A stretch of DNA of 64,000 nt from Candidatus Dormiibacterota bacterium (lineage in GTDB: Bacteria; Chloroflexota; Dormibacteria; Aeolococcales; Aeolococcaceae). The DNA is taken from NCBI GenBank assembly GCA_963709585.1, contig CAVPXI010000015.1, positions 96,001 to 160,000 of the forward strand. The letters are read 5' to 3'. A program made the position numbers and the translations under genes. Every line of letters begins with the position of its first letter. The stretch's first letter is position 1. Under the pieces are notes generated by a model. The model worked only from the letters and a program-made list of their open reading frames with translations, made no database searches and was not told the origin of the DNA. This document shows positions 60,750 through 64,000 of the stretch, piece after piece.

Positions 60750-60797
60750 TGGTGCCGAGGGACAGGATCGAACTTGTCGACACCAGGTTTTTCAGCC
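60750..60797 (-). mobile_element. 3' fragment of tRNA-Phe(GAA), probable att junction of an integrated element
   Basis: Minus strand GGCTGAAAAACCTGGTGTCGACAAGTTCGATCCTGTCCCTCGGCACCA has anticodon loop, T-loop, acceptor 3' strand and CCA; no D-arm or 5' acceptor strand. Confidence 0.75.
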
Positions 60798-60829
60798 GCG
60801 CGAACTGACGTTCGCCGACGTCCTTAGAG

Positions 60830-60923
60830 GTCCACCATCGTATTCAGGCGGGCTGTCATGAGGCGGTTAGCGTCCACCATTTATCATCAACGTCCACGCA
60901 CGAAGGTGTCAGCTAAGGTGTCA
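60830..60923. repeat. Short direct repeats (GTCCAC x3; AAGGTGTCA x2) next to the att site
   Basis: GTCCAC at 60830, 60872 and 60892; AAGGTGTCA at 60903 and 60915. Confidence 0.55.
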
Positions 60924-61056
60924 TTTGAGGACGGCACCGTTTCGCCGGATGCCCTGCTTGACGACGACTATCTGGACTGTGTAATCGCCTCTGGTGACAT
61001 AACGCTCGTGTGCGCCACCATCACGTTCTTCGGCCCGCTCTGTCACCCTAAAAGCC

Positions 61057-61560
61057 GTGGAGCTCGTACACGCAGACCCGGCCGACGCGGTGGCGTTACG
61101 AGACCTGCATCTCCTTACCTGGGAGGTGACGTATCGGCCTCATGCGCCCGAGGCGTGGTACTGCGAGCGACTCGTTGCGCATTCTGTCCGCGATTGGGGC
61201 GAGATTGTGCGCTCTCAGACTGACCGAGGTGGCGGGGTACTGACCGCCAGATCCGGTGGGCGGATTGACGGCCTCTGCCAGTACGGCCCGAGTGAAGACC
61301 ATGATCACAACACCGAGGAAGTGGGACAGATCCACCGCCTTTACGTGCACCCAGCACGACAGAGAATTGGGATCGGGCGATCACTACTCACCGCGTCGGT
61401 GGGCCACCTTCGCCAAGGCGGCGCGCACACAGCGACCCTGTGGGTTCTCGAGACGGATCAGGGCGCCAGGGCCTTCTACGAACGACTGGGCTGGAAACCC
61501 GACGGAACCCGCCAAACTCATCCGCCCACCGACCTCCGCTACCGACTGCCTCTCCGCTGA
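61057..61560 (+). CDS. GNAT family N-acetyltransferase
   Basis: LYVHPARQRIGIGRSLL, LWVLE...ARAFYERLGW..DG. Confidence 0.9.
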   Translation: MELVHADPADAVALRDLHLLTWEVTYRPHAPEAWYCERLVAHSVRDWGEIVRSQTDRGGGVLTARSGGRIDGLCQYGPSEDHDHNTEEVGQIHRLYVHPARQRIGIGRSLLTASVGHLRQGGAHTATLWVLETDQGARAFYERLGWKPDGTRQTHPPTDLRYRLPLR

Positions 61561-61686
61561 GGGGGGCTGGTTGAGCTTTAGCCTCTGGCGACTTTGGCGG
61601 ACCCTGGCCTGCAGAAGGTAACTCGCACCTGGCCCGCTTGGCCTCGCGGCTATCGGGGGCCCTCGTCTCAGCGTCATGCTTGGTAC

Positions 61687-61947
61687 GTGCGGCATGCAAC
61701 GCAGGAAGACCTTGATCAGGTCGAGGCACTACTGGTGGAGCTCCGCAAGCTTCCCCAGTTGCGAGAGCGCAAGCGTGGTTACTTCTCGAGGGACTCCCGG
61801 GCGTTCCTTCATTTCCACGAAGACGCCGGCGACCTTTACGTCGACGTGAGACTCGACAGCGCGTTCCGTCGCGCGAGGGTCACCAGCGGCACGGAACAGG
61901 CCGATCTTCTCGCACGGGTGCGCAGGGCACTCCAGTCGACCTCTTGA
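61687..61947 (+). CDS. Small hypothetical protein
   Basis: Protein-like composition: MRHAT...LRERKRG.F...AFLHFHED.GDLY.DVRL. Confidence 0.65.
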   Translation: MRHATQEDLDQVEALLVELRKLPQLRERKRGYFSRDSRAFLHFHEDAGDLYVDVRLDSAFRRARVTSGTEQADLLARVRRALQSTS

Positions 61948-62175
61948 CTTGCCGGAGCGAGCTTCCACGAGCGGAATAGCGCCGTAACGGTGGGACGCTA
62001 ATGCCGCTGATTAGTCCGTCTAACCCCGTTCGAGCTGTTTGACGGTCCGCAACCACAGATTGGGTCGGCAAGCGGTCGCCCGGGGTGGCGAACGCGGTCG
62101 TCAAGAGACATTGGCGAATGCTGGCCTGCGCGAGGATCCCGTCCTCTTCGTGGTCCGAAAAAATGATGTACTTGC

Positions 62176-62916
62176 TCAGCTTGAAGAGCGTTGCGCCCGG
62201 GGTGGCATCGCGCACCAAGCGCTTCCCGTCCACCAGTAGTTGCCGTCGGGCGAGCGGAGAGCGTTATCGGGCACCGCGGCGGTGGCGCTTACCCACACAT
62301 TGCCGTTCCACCACATGCGGTCAGTCACGCTCATCCAGGTATCGGCATTCCGCCACCACGTCCCATCGGGAGACATGACGTAGCTTGGTGCGAGACCGGC
62401 GAGAATCGTGCGCTTGACATCGCGATTGGAATAGGCATTGGCAATGAACAAGCACACCACGAAAGTGCTGGCTGGTAGCCACCACAAGATCGCCCCGTAC
62501 GCGGTCGGGCCGGTCGTCGGGAAGAGCCAGGAAGAGACGCCCCATGCGAGCGATTCCGGAATCACAAAGGCCATTCCAAGCCAAAGCTTGGCTGCTGGGG
62601 TTGCAGTGAGCCCCTGCCAGAACACGTGTGACTGCGCGGGGTGCGGCCTTCCAGCCGTCACGATGAATGCGAGGCCGTACGCAGTTGCGAGAACCGCCAA
62701 CGTGACGTCAACGGCGACAAAAGGGGTGCCGAGGACGGCTGCCGTAACGCGCGCCGCTGGCGCCTCAAAAAGCGATGCGAGAAGCACTCCGTAGGCCAGT
62801 GCATGAGGAACTCTCGGCCAGAACCGTGGCCTCCGCCCGGTCGGTACCCTCCAAGGTACCCGGCGCCATCTCGCCCTCGGCGGCGCGACCAGCCCAAGGT
62901 GAGTCTCCGCATCCAT
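62176..62916 (-). CDS. Membrane protein with C-terminal Trp-rich SPDGxWW repeats
   Basis: About 4 TMs; SPDGTWW, MWWNG..W, SPDGNYWWTG..W; start uncertain. Confidence 0.6.
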   Translation of the reverse strand: MDAETHLGLVAPPRARWRRVPWRVPTGRRPRFWPRVPHALAYGVLLASLFEAPAARVTAAVLGTPFVAVDVTLAVLATAYGLAFIVTAGRPHPAQSHVFWQGLTATPAAKLWLGMAFVIPESLAWGVSSWLFPTTGPTAYGAILWWLPASTFVVCLFIANAYSNRDVKRTILAGLAPSYVMSPDGTWWRNADTWMSVTDRMWWNGNVWVSATAAVPDNALRSPDGNYWWTGSAWCAMPPRAQRSSS

Positions 62917-63345
62917 CCCTGTCAGCGTAGCCGCCTGACCATCAGAAGTCATGGGGGCTCGGCTGCCCATCCCGGTCCATGATTGCCGTAAGGGCCGAGA
63001 ACTGACCTTCGGCTCTGGGTACATTGGCGGATGCTGCCGTGCGCGAGTGACATCTCCCCGGGAGATATGTCTCAGGATATCGACCGTTCCAGCGCCGCGT
63101 TTCGCGCCGCGATTCGAAATCAGAAAAGCGCGAGCTGGCCAATCCAGCCGTCGTGGTCGTCCAGTCCGTACCTGTGGATGACCGACGACCGGGACGGCGA
63201 CCGTCGTCCAACCTTGCCCTCAGGCCAGCTTGCAGCTCGTCTCGGCGGGTGGCTCCAGCGACGAAGTTGCAGGATGGGCTGGGCTTTCCAGGAACCGGCG
63301 CGAAGCCAGAGAGGGGACCCCCGTGACGTGGCAGAGCGGCTAGCA

Positions 63346-63750
63346 CTACGGGGTCTCTACGACACAGTTACTCAGCAAGACTCCCGACGAGAGGCGCTGT
63401 GCGTTGGCACCTTCCGTCACCGCCGTCACCGTGTTCCCGGTATGAATCGTCGCCGAGTGAGGTTCCAACTGGCATAGGGTCTTCAAACCGCTCAAAGTTT
63501 GGAATTCGAGAATCAAACCTCCGGCTCCCCTGTACACAGAGGCAACTGGTCCTCGCACCAGCAGTGTGACTTCCCTGAAATCGGAATAGAACTCGTCGGC
63601 CTTCATCGCTTGAGCCAGTTGGTCGGGTGTTACCTGACGGGCGCTCAGGGTGCCTACCCCATACGAATCGCCGGCGAAGAATGAAATCGCAGCGACTCCA
63701 ACCAGCGCACCCAGGATGGTAACCAGGATCAGAAGTCGTCCCATATTCAT
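63346..63750 (-). CDS. Membrane-anchored OB-fold-like protein
   Basis: N-terminal TM; VT..QL......F, LLVRG.V..V, G.TVT.V, L.NC pattern. Confidence 0.55.
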   Translation of the reverse strand: MNMGRLLILVTILGALVGVAAISFFAGDSYGVGTLSARQVTPDQLAQAMKADEFYSDFREVTLLVRGPVASVYRGAGGLILEFQTLSGLKTLCQLEPHSATIHTGNTVTAVTEGANAQRLSSGVLLSNCVVETP

Positions 63751-64000
63751 TTCGGTCTCTGCCTCGTCTTTCCGTCCATCGGGAAAGACAACGTTCGATG
63801 TGGTCGACTGGTTATAGGACTTGAGGGGGAAGACGTTGGTCAGTGACTACCACGCTCGCGCATTCAGAATCGCAGACGGGCGAGATGGGCATCTCGCGCG
63901 AATAGCGGCGAGCGTGCCAAACGCTCTAGGAACAAACTCGTACGCTGGGGTGGCCGATCGTGCTCGGTCTGGGGGGCCGACGATCCATTCGCACGGCGCG

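Noticed and set aside
60750-60826. Intact tRNA-Phe gene
   Set aside because: No 5' acceptor strand (GCCGAGG) or D-arm upstream of the anticodon loop.

Overview
This is a high-GC, gene-dense bacterial chromosome window of about 60 CDSs. The content suggests a soil monoderm such as Ca. Dormibacterota, Chloroflexota or Actinomycetota (inference). It contains no rRNA, CRISPR array, transposase or intact tRNA. Content: transcription factors (2 Crp/Fnr, 2 TetR, GntR, 3 ECF sigmas, a NarL-type two-component pair), cyclic-nucleotide signalling (three GGDEF and/or EAL proteins, a STAND-type adenylate/guanylate cyclase), a MASE1 kinase, secreted/surface proteins, three ABC exporters and assorted enzymes. 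About eleven frameshifts and three point lesions at gene starts suggest an error-prone, long-read-like consensus. The most interesting observations are: (1) a coupled PTPS/QueD-methyltransferase-GT4-SDR operon that may make a modified pterin glycoside; (2) a WxL-like secreted protein with a DUF916-like membrane partner, followed by more secreted proteins; (3) back-to-back ECF sigma/anti-sigma pairs; (4) a tRNA-Phe 3' fragment with flanking short direct repeats at about 60.75-60.92 kb, which probably marks the end of an integrated element extending rightwards; (5) several promoters and operators readable directly from the sequence. All product calls come from motif recognition; no database searches were run.
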